DNA of 64,000 bases from an uncultured Alphaproteobacteria bacterium (GTDB lineage Bacteria > Pseudomonadota > Alphaproteobacteria > Acetobacterales > Acetobacteraceae), in NCBI GenBank assembly GCA_963818775.1, contig CAWFUF010000029.1, positions 1,918 through 65,917 on the forward strand. The letters run 5' to 3'. Below the pieces are notes generated by a model. The model did no database searches. It was not told the origin of the DNA and saw only the letters and a program-made list of their open reading frames with translations. Every line of letters starts with the position of its first letter. Positions within the stretch are counted from its first letter, which is position 1. A program made the position numbers and the translations under genes. This document shows, piece by piece, positions 26,009-33,640 of this stretch.

Positions 26009-27460
26009 GTGCGTTGTCCCTGCGGTAAGGCACGCCAGCGGCCGGGAGGGAATTTGGGACGCCTCGTTATAGTTTCCAACCGAGTTCCGTTGCCTTCTGA
26101 GCGGGGGCCGCGGGCTGGTGGACTAGCCGTTGCACTTGCGGATGCATTGACCCCTGGATCGGTCTGGTTCGGCTGGAGCGGCAGGCGCTCCGGCTCGGCT
26201 GACGGGGAAGTCCGCCTGCAACGGGCCGAGGGCACGACCTACGCCACGATCGACCTGACCGAGGCAGAATACCGCTCCTTCTACGTCAATTTCGCCAATG
26301 GCGCGCTGTGGCCGCTGCTGCATTTTCGGCTCGGGCTCGTGCAGTTCCGGCGGGAGGACTACGAGGGCTACCGCGCGGTCAACCGTCGTTTTGCCCAGGC
26401 GCTGGCCAAGTTGCTGCGTGAAGACGATCTGGTCTGGGTGCACGACTATCACCTGTTCCTGTTGGCCGAGGAACTCCGGCTGCTGGGTGTGCGCAATCGC
26501 ATTGGGTTTTTCCTGCATACCCCATTTGTTCCGCCGGCGCTGCTGCATGTGCTGCCGCGCGCCGCTGAATTGCTGCGGGCCATGTGCGCGTTCGATGTCG
26601 TCGGCTTTCATACCCAGACCTACCAGCGTGCCTTCCTCGACTGCGTCGAGCAAATCCTCCAGGGCACGCGAGTCAGAGACGGCGGGTTCATGTTTGGAGG
26701 CCGCCACGTGCTGGCGATCGTCGATCCGATCGGCATCGACGCGGCGGGTTTCGCGGACACCGCCGCACGCGCCGACCGAAGCGCCGAGACGGCACGGTTG
26801 CGCGATAGCCTTGGTGGCCGTGCTTTGGCCATCGGTGTCGATCGGCTCGACTACTCGAAGGGTCTGGTCAACCGTTTCGAGGCATTCGGCCGTTTGCTGG
26901 GGAAATACCCCGAAGATTGCCGCCAGGTCAGCTTCCTCCAGATTGCCGCGCGATCGCGCGAGGAGTCCGGCAGCTATCAGCGCCTTCGACGCGAGCTCGA
27001 TCGGATTGTCGGCGACACCAACGGCCGCTTTTCCGAATTCGACTGGGTGCCGTTGCGCTATATGACGACGACGGTGCGCCGGAATATCCTGGCCGGTTTC
27101 TTTCGGATCGCCCGCCTCGGGGTGGTAACGCCGCTACGCGACGGCATGAACCTGGTGGCGAAGGAATACATCGCGGCGCAGGATCCCGCCGATCCCGGCG
27201 TGCTGATCCTGTCGCGTTTCGCCGGCGCGGCCGAGGAGCTGACTGAGGCTTTGATCGTCAATCCGTTCGATTCCGACGAGATAGCCGATGCGATGCACGA
27301 GGGCCTGAAGATGCCGCTGGCCGAGCGGCTGCGCCGTTATGACGCCTTGCGGGAGCGGGTGTGGGACACGACAGCGCACAAATACTGCGCGCGGTTCCTT
27401 GCTTACCTCGAGCACGAGGAACGGCCGCTGCCGCGGTTCCGACTGCAGGTCGCGTCATGA
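26009..27460 (+). CDS. otsA: alpha,alpha-trehalose-phosphate synthase (GT20)
   Basis: LVIVSNRVP, FANGALWPLLH, VWVHDYHL and RDGMNLVAKEY. The start is uncertain: GTG 26009, or TTG 26054 after GGGAGGG. Confidence 0.85.
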   Translation: MRCPCGKARQRPGGNLGRLVIVSNRVPLPSERGPRAGGLAVALADALTPGSVWFGWSGRRSGSADGEVRLQRAEGTTYATIDLTEAEYRSFYVNFANGALWPLLHFRLGLVQFRREDYEGYRAVNRRFAQALAKLLREDDLVWVHDYHLFLLAEELRLLGVRNRIGFFLHTPFVPPALLHVLPRAAELLRAMCAFDVVGFHTQTYQRAFLDCVEQILQGTRVRDGGFMFGGRHVLAIVDPIGIDAAGFADTAARADRSAETARLRDSLGGRALAIGVDRLDYSKGLVNRFEAFGRLLGKYPEDCRQVSFLQIAARSREESGSYQRLRRELDRIVGDTNGRFSEFDWVPLRYMTTTVRRNILAGFFRIARLGVVTPLRDGMNLVAKEYIAAQDPADPGVLILSRFAGAAEELTEALIVNPFDSDEIADAMHEGLKMPLAERLRRYDALRERVWDTTAHKYCARFLAYLEHEERPLPRFRLQVAS

Positions 27461-27602
27461 GCCAGCCGAAGCCGTAGCGGTCAGCCCCGGATCAGCGGCG
27501 GCGACAACCTTTCTCCTCATTCCCGCCGTAGTCCGGTCATTGGGATTTGGCCTTTGCTCGCGGCCGGGCAGGCAACGGCGGACCACCAAAGGAGACTGGA
27601 TC

Positions 27603-27908
27603 ATGCGGCGTTCGATTGCACCCATCGCAGCGGCTCTCGGGACGGTGCTGGCATTGTCCGCTTGCACGGACCCCTACGACCCGGGCCAGCGCGCGGTCGG
27701 TGGCGGACTGCTGGGAGCCGGCGCGGGCGCGGCAATTGGCGGCCTCGCGGGTGGCGGACGTGGCGCCGCCGCGGGAGCGCTGATAGGTGGCGGGGTGGGC
27801 GCCATCGGCGGTGCGGCTACCACGCCACGGCCGCCGCCGCCCGCGTACTACTCGCCGCCTCCGCCACCGCCTCCGGGCTACTATCCGCCTCCGCCGCCCA
27901 GCTACTAG
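27603..27908 (+). CDS. glycine-zipper lipoprotein with Pro/Tyr-rich tail
   Basis: Lipobox LSAC, GGGLLGAGAGAAIGGLAGGGRGAAAGALIGGGVGAIGGA, then PRPPPPAYYSPPPPPPPGYYPPPPPSY. AAGGAG RBS. Confidence 0.75.
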   Translation: MRRSIAPIAAALGTVLALSACTDPYDPGQRAVGGGLLGAGAGAAIGGLAGGGRGAAAGALIGGGVGAIGGAATTPRPPPPAYYSPPPPPPPGYYPPPPPSY

Positions 27909-28774
27909 GCGTCGGCGAACATCGCGACTGGGGCACCCCTTACGGGAGCCTCGGCGCGGAACAGTCCGCCCAGCGTCGGGTGCTGCGCCAATGCTTCAGG
28001 CGAGCGGCCCTCGCGCAGCGACGTCACGTAGAGGTCGCCTTCCGCGAAGCACGGCATGGTCGGGCCGGGAACCGGGAACGGCAGCTTGCTCAGCAATGCA
28101 CCCGACGGCGAGATGCGGTTGATGCACCCTGCGGAGGGTCCGGCCGACCAGTAGACGCCCGCCACGTCGACCGCAGCGCCGTCGGGGCGACCCTCTTCAT
28201 TGCTCAGCGTCGCCAGCACGCGGTGGTTCGCGAGCGCTCCGCTGCGGGTGTCGAAATCCCAGGCCTCGATGATACCGGCTGTGGAATCCGAATGGTACAT
28301 AACACTGCCGTCAGGAGACCAGGCGAGGCCGTTGGACACCGCGTAGCCCTCGGCCTTGCGCTCTATGCGGCCCTGCGGCGTGACGCGGTAGAGCGCGGCG
28401 GTCTTCTGGCGCGGCGAATTCTCATCCATGCTGCCTACCCAGAAGCAACCGTCGGGACCGACCTTCCCATCGTTGAGGCGATTGGTCGGCGGTTCGTTCA
28501 CCGGGTCGGTCAGATGCTCGATTGCCTTGGTGCGCGGATCGAACAGCACAACGCGATGGCGCAGCGCGACGACCAGCCGGCCCGACCGGCAGAGACCAAA
28601 ACTGCCGACGACTTCAGGAAAATCCCATGACGTGTGGGAGCCGTCGTCAACCGACAGTGCGTTGATGCGCTTGCCGGGAATGTCGCAGAACAGGAGGCGT
28701 CGGGTGGACGCATCCCACACCGGGGACTCGGCGACGCCGCAACGGGAATCCCAGACCAGTTCGAATTCGGGCAT
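27905..28774 (-). CDS. SMP-30/gluconolactonase/LRE-family protein
   Basis: CGVAESPVWD, beta-propeller repeat pattern, NDGKVGPDG, SNGLAWSPDG and PDGAAVD. Start at the internal ATG (MPEFELVWD). Confidence 0.8.
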   Translation of the reverse strand: MPEFELVWDSRCGVAESPVWDASTRRLLFCDIPGKRINALSVDDGSHTSWDFPEVVGSFGLCRSGRLVVALRHRVVLFDPRTKAIEHLTDPVNEPPTNRLNDGKVGPDGCFWVGSMDENSPRQKTAALYRVTPQGRIERKAEGYAVSNGLAWSPDGSVMYHSDSTAGIIEAWDFDTRSGALANHRVLATLSNEEGRPDGAAVDVAGVYWSAGPSAGCINRISPSGALLSKLPFPVPGPTMPCFAEGDLYVTSLREGRSPEALAQHPTLGGLFRAEAPVRGAPVAMFADA

Positions 28775-28924
28775 GCTCAACTCCGCTGTAAGTTCCAGAA
28801 CACGGGACTGCCTTGCAGCAGCCCGGTCAAGTTCACCTGATATGCGGTCGGTATGAAAGATTGGCCGAGTGGGAGTAGGGGACATCCTCGAACACCCGTA
28901 GCTGGAGCCGAGCGACTGCAAATG

Positions 28925-28941
28925 GGAGTGTGATACACTCC
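28925..28941. promoter_or_regulatory. 7-bp perfect palindrome upstream of the CDF gene (candidate operator)
   Basis: GGAGTGT-GAT-ACACTCC ends 20 nt before the ATG at 28962. Confidence 0.25.
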
Positions 28942-28961
28942 ATGCGAGGTGAGGACCGACC

Positions 28962-29921
28962 ATGAGCGAGACCAGCATTTCGTCCGCGCCACGCCGGCAT
29001 CAGCACGTGTTCCTCGGCGCGGAGCACGAGGCGAGCGAACGCAGGACATGGGCCGTGATCTGGCTCTGCGGCGCAATGATGATCGCCGAGATCGCAGGCG
29101 GTCTGCTGTTCGGCTCGATAGCCCTCGTGGCCGATGGCATGCACATGAGCACGCATGCCGGCGCGCTTCTGCTCGCCGCGCTCGCTTACAGCTACGCGCG
29201 CAGGCATGCCGATGATCCGCGCTTCACTTTCGGGACTGGCAAACTGGGCGACCTCGCCGGGTTCACCAGCGCGATCATTCTGGCGATCATTGCTGTGCTC
29301 ATCGGCTATGAGTTCATAAGCCGCATCTTCGCGCCGGTGCCGATCCGCTTCGCCGAGGCGATTCCGATTGCCTGCCTGGGGCTCGCGGTCAATGTCGCCA
29401 GTGCGCTGCTGCTCAGCGGCGGCGGGCACCATGACGACCACCATCACCATGATGATGATCATGATCATGACCATCATCACGATCATGGCCACGGGGCGGC
29501 GCATCAAGACAACAACTTGCGGGCCGCCGTGGTGCACGTGATCGCCGATGCGACTGTCTCTGTCATGGTCATCGTCGGTCTGCTATTGGCCCGCGCCTTC
29601 GGGTGGCTGTGGATGGACCCGCTCGCCGGGATCATTGGTGCGTGCGTCATTGCCAGTTGGTCATTCGGCCTGATTCGTGACACCGGAGCCATCCTGCTCG
29701 ACATGAATCCGGACCGGCATATGGCTGAAAATCTGCAAAGGACCATCGAGAGCGACGGCGACACGCTCACTGACCTGCATCTCTGGCGTCTGGGTCCCGG
29801 CCATCTTGGCGCGATAGTTTCGGTGGGCACGCACGCGGAGCGCGGTCTCGACTACTACCGGGCGAAGCTGGCGCGATTCAGCTCGCTGTCGCACCTCACC
29901 ATCGAGGTGCAAAACTACTGA
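28962..29921 (+). CDS. cation diffusion facilitator (CDF) metal efflux protein with His/Asp-rich loop
   Basis: MIAEIAGGLLFGSIALVADGMHMSTH, the loop GGGHHDDHHHHDDDHDHDHHHDHGHG, and VHVIADA. Confidence 0.85.
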   Translation: MSETSISSAPRRHQHVFLGAEHEASERRTWAVIWLCGAMMIAEIAGGLLFGSIALVADGMHMSTHAGALLLAALAYSYARRHADDPRFTFGTGKLGDLAGFTSAIILAIIAVLIGYEFISRIFAPVPIRFAEAIPIACLGLAVNVASALLLSGGGHHDDHHHHDDDHDHDHHHDHGHGAAHQDNNLRAAVVHVIADATVSVMVIVGLLLARAFGWLWMDPLAGIIGACVIASWSFGLIRDTGAILLDMNPDRHMAENLQRTIESDGDTLTDLHLWRLGPGHLGAIVSVGTHAERGLDYYRAKLARFSSLSHLTIEVQNY

Positions 29922-29922
29922 A

Positions 29923-30993
29923 TCAAACCTGATCGTAGTCGATCACGACCCGATCGGTGAGGGGATGTGACTGGCAGGTCAGCACGTATCCCGCCTCGGT
30001 CTCCCAAGGTTCCAGCGAATAGTTTACTGCCATCTCCACCCTGCCCTCGACCAGTTTCGCGCGGCAGGTGCAGCACATGCCGCCACGGCATGAATAGGGC
30101 AGACTGCGACCTGCCCGGATCGCGGCGTCAATGATCGCCTCGCCTTCGGCAACCGGAAATTCGAAGCGCGCACCCTCGCTGATCACTGTGGCGACCGACT
30201 TCGGCGCCGCGAGTGGTTGCACGACCACCGGACGTGGCCGACCCCCGACACCTGGTGTGAATCGCTCGACATGCACCCACTCGTGCGGCATGCCGACAAT
30301 GGTCAGCGCTCTTTCCATGCCTTCTATCATCGGTTGTGGACCGCAGACGAAAGCCTGGTCCACAGTCGCAGCCGGCACGACCGAACGCATCAGCACCCCA
30401 ACCTTCGCCGCATCCAGATGGCCATTCAGCATTTCGATGTCCTGCTGCTCGCGCGACAGGACGTGGAACACCGACAGCCGCGCAAGATAGCGGTCCTTCA
30501 GGTCCTCCAGTTGCTCGCGGAAGATGATGTCGGCCGCGGTGCGGTTGCCGTAGAACAGGAAGAAGCGTCCCGCCTCACGTCGCAACACGGTCTTAAGGAT
30601 CGCCATCACCGGCGTGATGCCCGACCCCGCGGCGAACGCCACGAGCGTGCGCGTCGACCCGGGCTCGATCGCGACGCCGAAGCGTCCGTCCGGTGTCATC
30701 ACCGACAGCGTATCGCCCGCACGTAATTGTTCGTTCACCCAGGTCGAGAACGCTCCGCCCGCCAGCCGCTTGACCACAACGCGCAGTTCGCCGTCGTCCA
30801 GGCCGGAGCAGATCGAGTAGGATCGCCGCACATCCTCGCCGTCGATCGTGCCACGCAAGGTAAGATACTGGCCTGGCGTGTAGCGATACGCCGCCCTCAA
30901 CCGCTCCGGGACGGTAAAGGCGAGCGACACCGCGTCCGGCGTTTCGCGACGGACATCGGCAATCGTCAAGGTGTGAAAGCGCGGCCGGGCCAT
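29923..30993 (-). CDS. FNR-type flavin reductase with C-terminal plant-type 2Fe-2S ferredoxin domain (PaaE/PaaK-like)
   Basis: RRSYSICS FAD-binding site, AAGSGITP NAD-binding site, and a C-terminal CRGGMCCTC...C cluster. Confidence 0.8.
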   Translation of the reverse strand: MARPRFHTLTIADVRRETPDAVSLAFTVPERLRAAYRYTPGQYLTLRGTIDGEDVRRSYSICSGLDDGELRVVVKRLAGGAFSTWVNEQLRAGDTLSVMTPDGRFGVAIEPGSTRTLVAFAAGSGITPVMAILKTVLRREAGRFFLFYGNRTAADIIFREQLEDLKDRYLARLSVFHVLSREQQDIEMLNGHLDAAKVGVLMRSVVPAATVDQAFVCGPQPMIEGMERALTIVGMPHEWVHVERFTPGVGGRPRPVVVQPLAAPKSVATVISEGARFEFPVAEGEAIIDAAIRAGRSLPYSCRGGMCCTCRAKLVEGRVEMAVNYSLEPWETEAGYVLTCQSHPLTDRVVIDYDQV

Positions 30994-31038
30994 GGTGGGC
31001 GTCTTGCGCGTTCAGCCCGCCCGGCACAAGTCTTTATC

Positions 31039-31455
31039 ATGCGCCAGGCAATGCATCGGCTGTCGGTGGGGGCCAATGGTCAGGGTCTCGTCGATATCAC
31101 TGAACCCGTGTGCCACTGGGTTGCGACGCAACGGATCGCCGTCGGGCTGCTGACGGTCTGGTGCCGTCACACGTCCGCGTCCCTGCTGGTGCAGGAGAAG
31201 GCCGATCCCGACGTGCGCACCGACCTCGAGGCATTCTTCAACCGTCTGGTGCCGGAGAAGGCCGGATACCGTCACGAGGACGAGGGGCCTGACGATATGC
31301 CGGCGCACATCAAGGCAGCGCTGACGCAGACGCAGCTTACCGTTCCAGTGGACGATGGACGCCCTCTACTCGGCACCTGGCAGGGCATCTACCTGTTCGA
31401 GCACCGCGCCGCGCCTCACCGGCGGGAGATCGTTCTGCATCTGATCGGCGAGTGA
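31039..31455 (+). CDS. YjbQ/UPF0047 family protein (secondary thiamine-phosphate synthase)
   Basis: TVWCRHTSASLLVQE, GPDDMPAHIKAAL and GTWQGIYLFEHR. Confidence 0.85.
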   Translation: MRQAMHRLSVGANGQGLVDITEPVCHWVATQRIAVGLLTVWCRHTSASLLVQEKADPDVRTDLEAFFNRLVPEKAGYRHEDEGPDDMPAHIKAALTQTQLTVPVDDGRPLLGTWQGIYLFEHRAAPHRREIVLHLIGE

Positions 31456-31504
31456 CGCAATCGCACCAAGGGCCCACCTCGATTCACTCACTGCCCAGCA
31501 AGCC

Positions 31505-32134
31505 CTATCGTTCATTCGGCATGACGATACGCTCTATGCATCGTGGACAGATGCCATGGCTGACGACCACGTCGCTCAACCCGCCGCGGCGATAGTAGTC
31601 TTCGATCGCGATCCAGATTTGATTTTCCTGTCGAGCACCGATAGGCCATGCGACATCGTGACAGAATGAGCAAAGCGCCACCTGCTCGCCAGAGGACTGC
31701 GCCCCGGTCGCGACCGCACGATGTTTCATCGACATCAGCCCCAACGGCAGTCGTGGTGCCTCAGCCAGGAGTTGGGATTGGTACAATGCCATGACCACGT
31801 TGCCCTTTCCCGCGACCGGGCTGATCGACATGCGCATCCGACGCTCCACATCGGGCCCGTCGCAGCGATATTCATAGGCGATGACCGGTCGCTTTCTCTG
31901 GAACACAGAATCATGCAGCCGCTCGCAGGCTTTACGCACATCGCTTCCATCGATGCCTGCGAAGACGGACGTCCCGATGACGGAATCGACAGTCAGTTCC
32001 GGCACATCGTTCTGCGTTGCGAAGCGCTTCCAGGAGATGGCGCCGATCGCGTGGATGATGCCGCTCGAATCGACGAGGTAGGCGACCCCGTCGATCGCAT
32101 CGAGCAACTGCTGTGTGTCGACGGCCGGTGTCAT
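31505..32134 (-). CDS. PAS-like sensor protein with C-terminal CxxC-x37-CxxC module
   Basis: 209 aa. The N-terminal about 130 aa is PAS-like (LLDAIDGVAYLVDSSGIIHAIG...YEYRCDGPDVERRMRMSISPV). The C-terminus reads CSFCHDVAW...YYRRGGLSDVVVSHGICPRC. Confidence 0.7.
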   Translation of the reverse strand: MTPAVDTQQLLDAIDGVAYLVDSSGIIHAIGAISWKRFATQNDVPELTVDSVIGTSVFAGIDGSDVRKACERLHDSVFQRKRPVIAYEYRCDGPDVERRMRMSISPVAGKGNVVMALYQSQLLAEAPRLPLGLMSMKHRAVATGAQSSGEQVALCSFCHDVAWPIGARQENQIWIAIEDYYRRGGLSDVVVSHGICPRCIERIVMPNER

Positions 32135-32140
32135 GATTGG

Positions 32141-32833
32141 TCAGGCGATACGGGGCGCCCGCCGCGCCAACCCGTCGAACAGGTCCAGCATTCGCTCCCG
32201 CCAAACCGAGATCGGATCATCGCGCTCGAGCAGCTCGAACCGACTGACGCAACGCGGCCATTGCAGGCTGCCGAACACGATGTAGTCGGCGTAACTCGGC
32301 GCCTCTCCACCGAGCCAGTCCTGCTTGCCGAAAACCAGCCGCACGGGCAGCAATGAAGCGCGAAATTCGGTCACCCGCGTCTCGCGCCCGGCCTGCACCG
32401 CCTCCAAAGTCATGCCGAACCGCGCCTCGCGGCTCTCGCGGAAATACACCTGATCCTGCGGCGCGACCACGTCCAGCAGGTCACGCAGGATCAGCCGCGC
32501 GATGCCGCCCATCATCACGCTGTCCGCCCAGGCATTGACGAACCTCGCATGCGCCAGGCCCGTTGCCCCGCCGAATAGGCTTGGCCGATCCGGATACGTG
32601 CCCTCGAGGTACTCTGCGATCGCCCAACTGTCCGACACCACCCGATCGCCGTCACGGATGACCGGCACGCGACCTTGACCGGAAAAGGCGAGCGCAGCCT
32701 TATCAGTGAACCGCCAGGGGATTGTCTCCACGGCCAGCCCTTTATGGGCCAGCGCCATGCGCGTCCGCCAGCAATACGGGCTGAACCGCAGTGCCGGATC
32801 TTCTCCCGCGAGATCATGCATCATAATGGCCAT
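32141..32833 (-). CDS. glutathione S-transferase family protein
   Basis: Start at the internal ATG (MAIMMHDL). SPYCWRTRMALAHKGL, VPVIRDGDRVVSDSWAIAEYLE. Confidence 0.8.
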   Translation of the reverse strand: MAIMMHDLAGEDPALRFSPYCWRTRMALAHKGLAVETIPWRFTDKAALAFSGQGRVPVIRDGDRVVSDSWAIAEYLEGTYPDRPSLFGGATGLAHARFVNAWADSVMMGGIARLILRDLLDVVAPQDQVYFRESREARFGMTLEAVQAGRETRVTEFRASLLPVRLVFGKQDWLGGEAPSYADYIVFGSLQWPRCVSRFELLERDDPISVWRERMLDLFDGLARRAPRIA

Positions 32834-32968
32834 CGCCGGTTCCCCTTGCTTTGCCAGTCGTGATACACAGAATCCCGCCAGGGAGAGAAGCGGTTGGACG
32901 ATCGAACTGTCCTGAACGATGCGAGGCGGCCAAAATGCGCGGGCTGTTGAGCTGGCAATGATCGCGGC

Positions 32969-33640
32969 ATGAACATCCTCGCACCACCAAAGGCGCGTCT
33001 CGGCATCGAGATTGTCCACGATCTGGTCTGCCCATGGTGCTTCCTCGGCGTGCGCCGGCTGATGCGCACAATGCGGCGCCGGCCGGACCTGCTTTTCGAC
33101 CTGACCTGGCGACCCTTCCTGCTCAATCCCGATATGCCGCGAGGCGGCATGGCGCGGCCGGATTACGTTATTCGCAAGTTCGGTGGCGAGGACCGCGCGC
33201 GGCGGCTTTATGCGTCGATTTCGGAGATCGGCCGCGGCGAGGGCATTCTGTTCCGCTTCGACCGCATCCGCCGCACGCCGTCCAGCGTCGACGCCCATCG
33301 CCTGGTGCGTTACGCGGCGCGCTTCGGCCAGGCCGACGCAATGGTCGAGGCGCTGTTCTCAGCGCATTTCACCGACGGTCTGGATATCGGCAATCACGCC
33401 GTGCTGGTGGCGATCGCCGCGGCGTGCGGCCTGGACGGTGCGGCCTCGCGACGCTTCCTCGTCGGCAACGACGAAGTGGATGCGGTGCACGCCGATAACC
33501 TGCGGGCGCATCGTCTGGGCATCAACGGCGTCCCATGCTTCGTCATCTCCGGCCGCCACGCCATCGCCGGCGCGCAGGAGCCCGAGGTGATCGAGCGTCT
33601 GCTCGACGTGGCGGCAGTCGAGGCGGCCGAAGCCGGCTAA
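32969..33640 (+). CDS. DsbA-family thiol oxidoreductase (FrnE/HCCA-isomerase-like)
   Basis: IVHDLVCPWCFLG active-site motif and GINGVPCFVI. Confidence 0.8.
   Translation: MNILAPPKARLGIEIVHDLVCPWCFLGVRRLMRTMRRRPDLLFDLTWRPFLLNPDMPRGGMARPDYVIRKFGGEDRARRLYASISEIGRGEGILFRFDRIRRTPSSVDAHRLVRYAARFGQADAMVEALFSAHFTDGLDIGNHAVLVAIAAACGLDGAASRRFLVGNDEVDAVHADNLRAHRLGINGVPCFVISGRHAIAGAQEPEVIERLLDVAAVEAAEAG

Noticed and set aside
29418-29490. The CAC/CAT/GAT/GAC-rich stretch in the CDF gene, considered as a microsatellite.
   Set aside because: It is an imperfect mix of His and Asp codons encoding the metal-binding loop. It is not a true tandem repeat unit.
29923-30993. The PaaE-like reductase as evidence for a phenylacetate (paa) catabolic cluster.
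   Set aside because: No paaABCD or other paa genes are adjacent. Only the generic FNR plus 2Fe-2S reductase architecture is supported.
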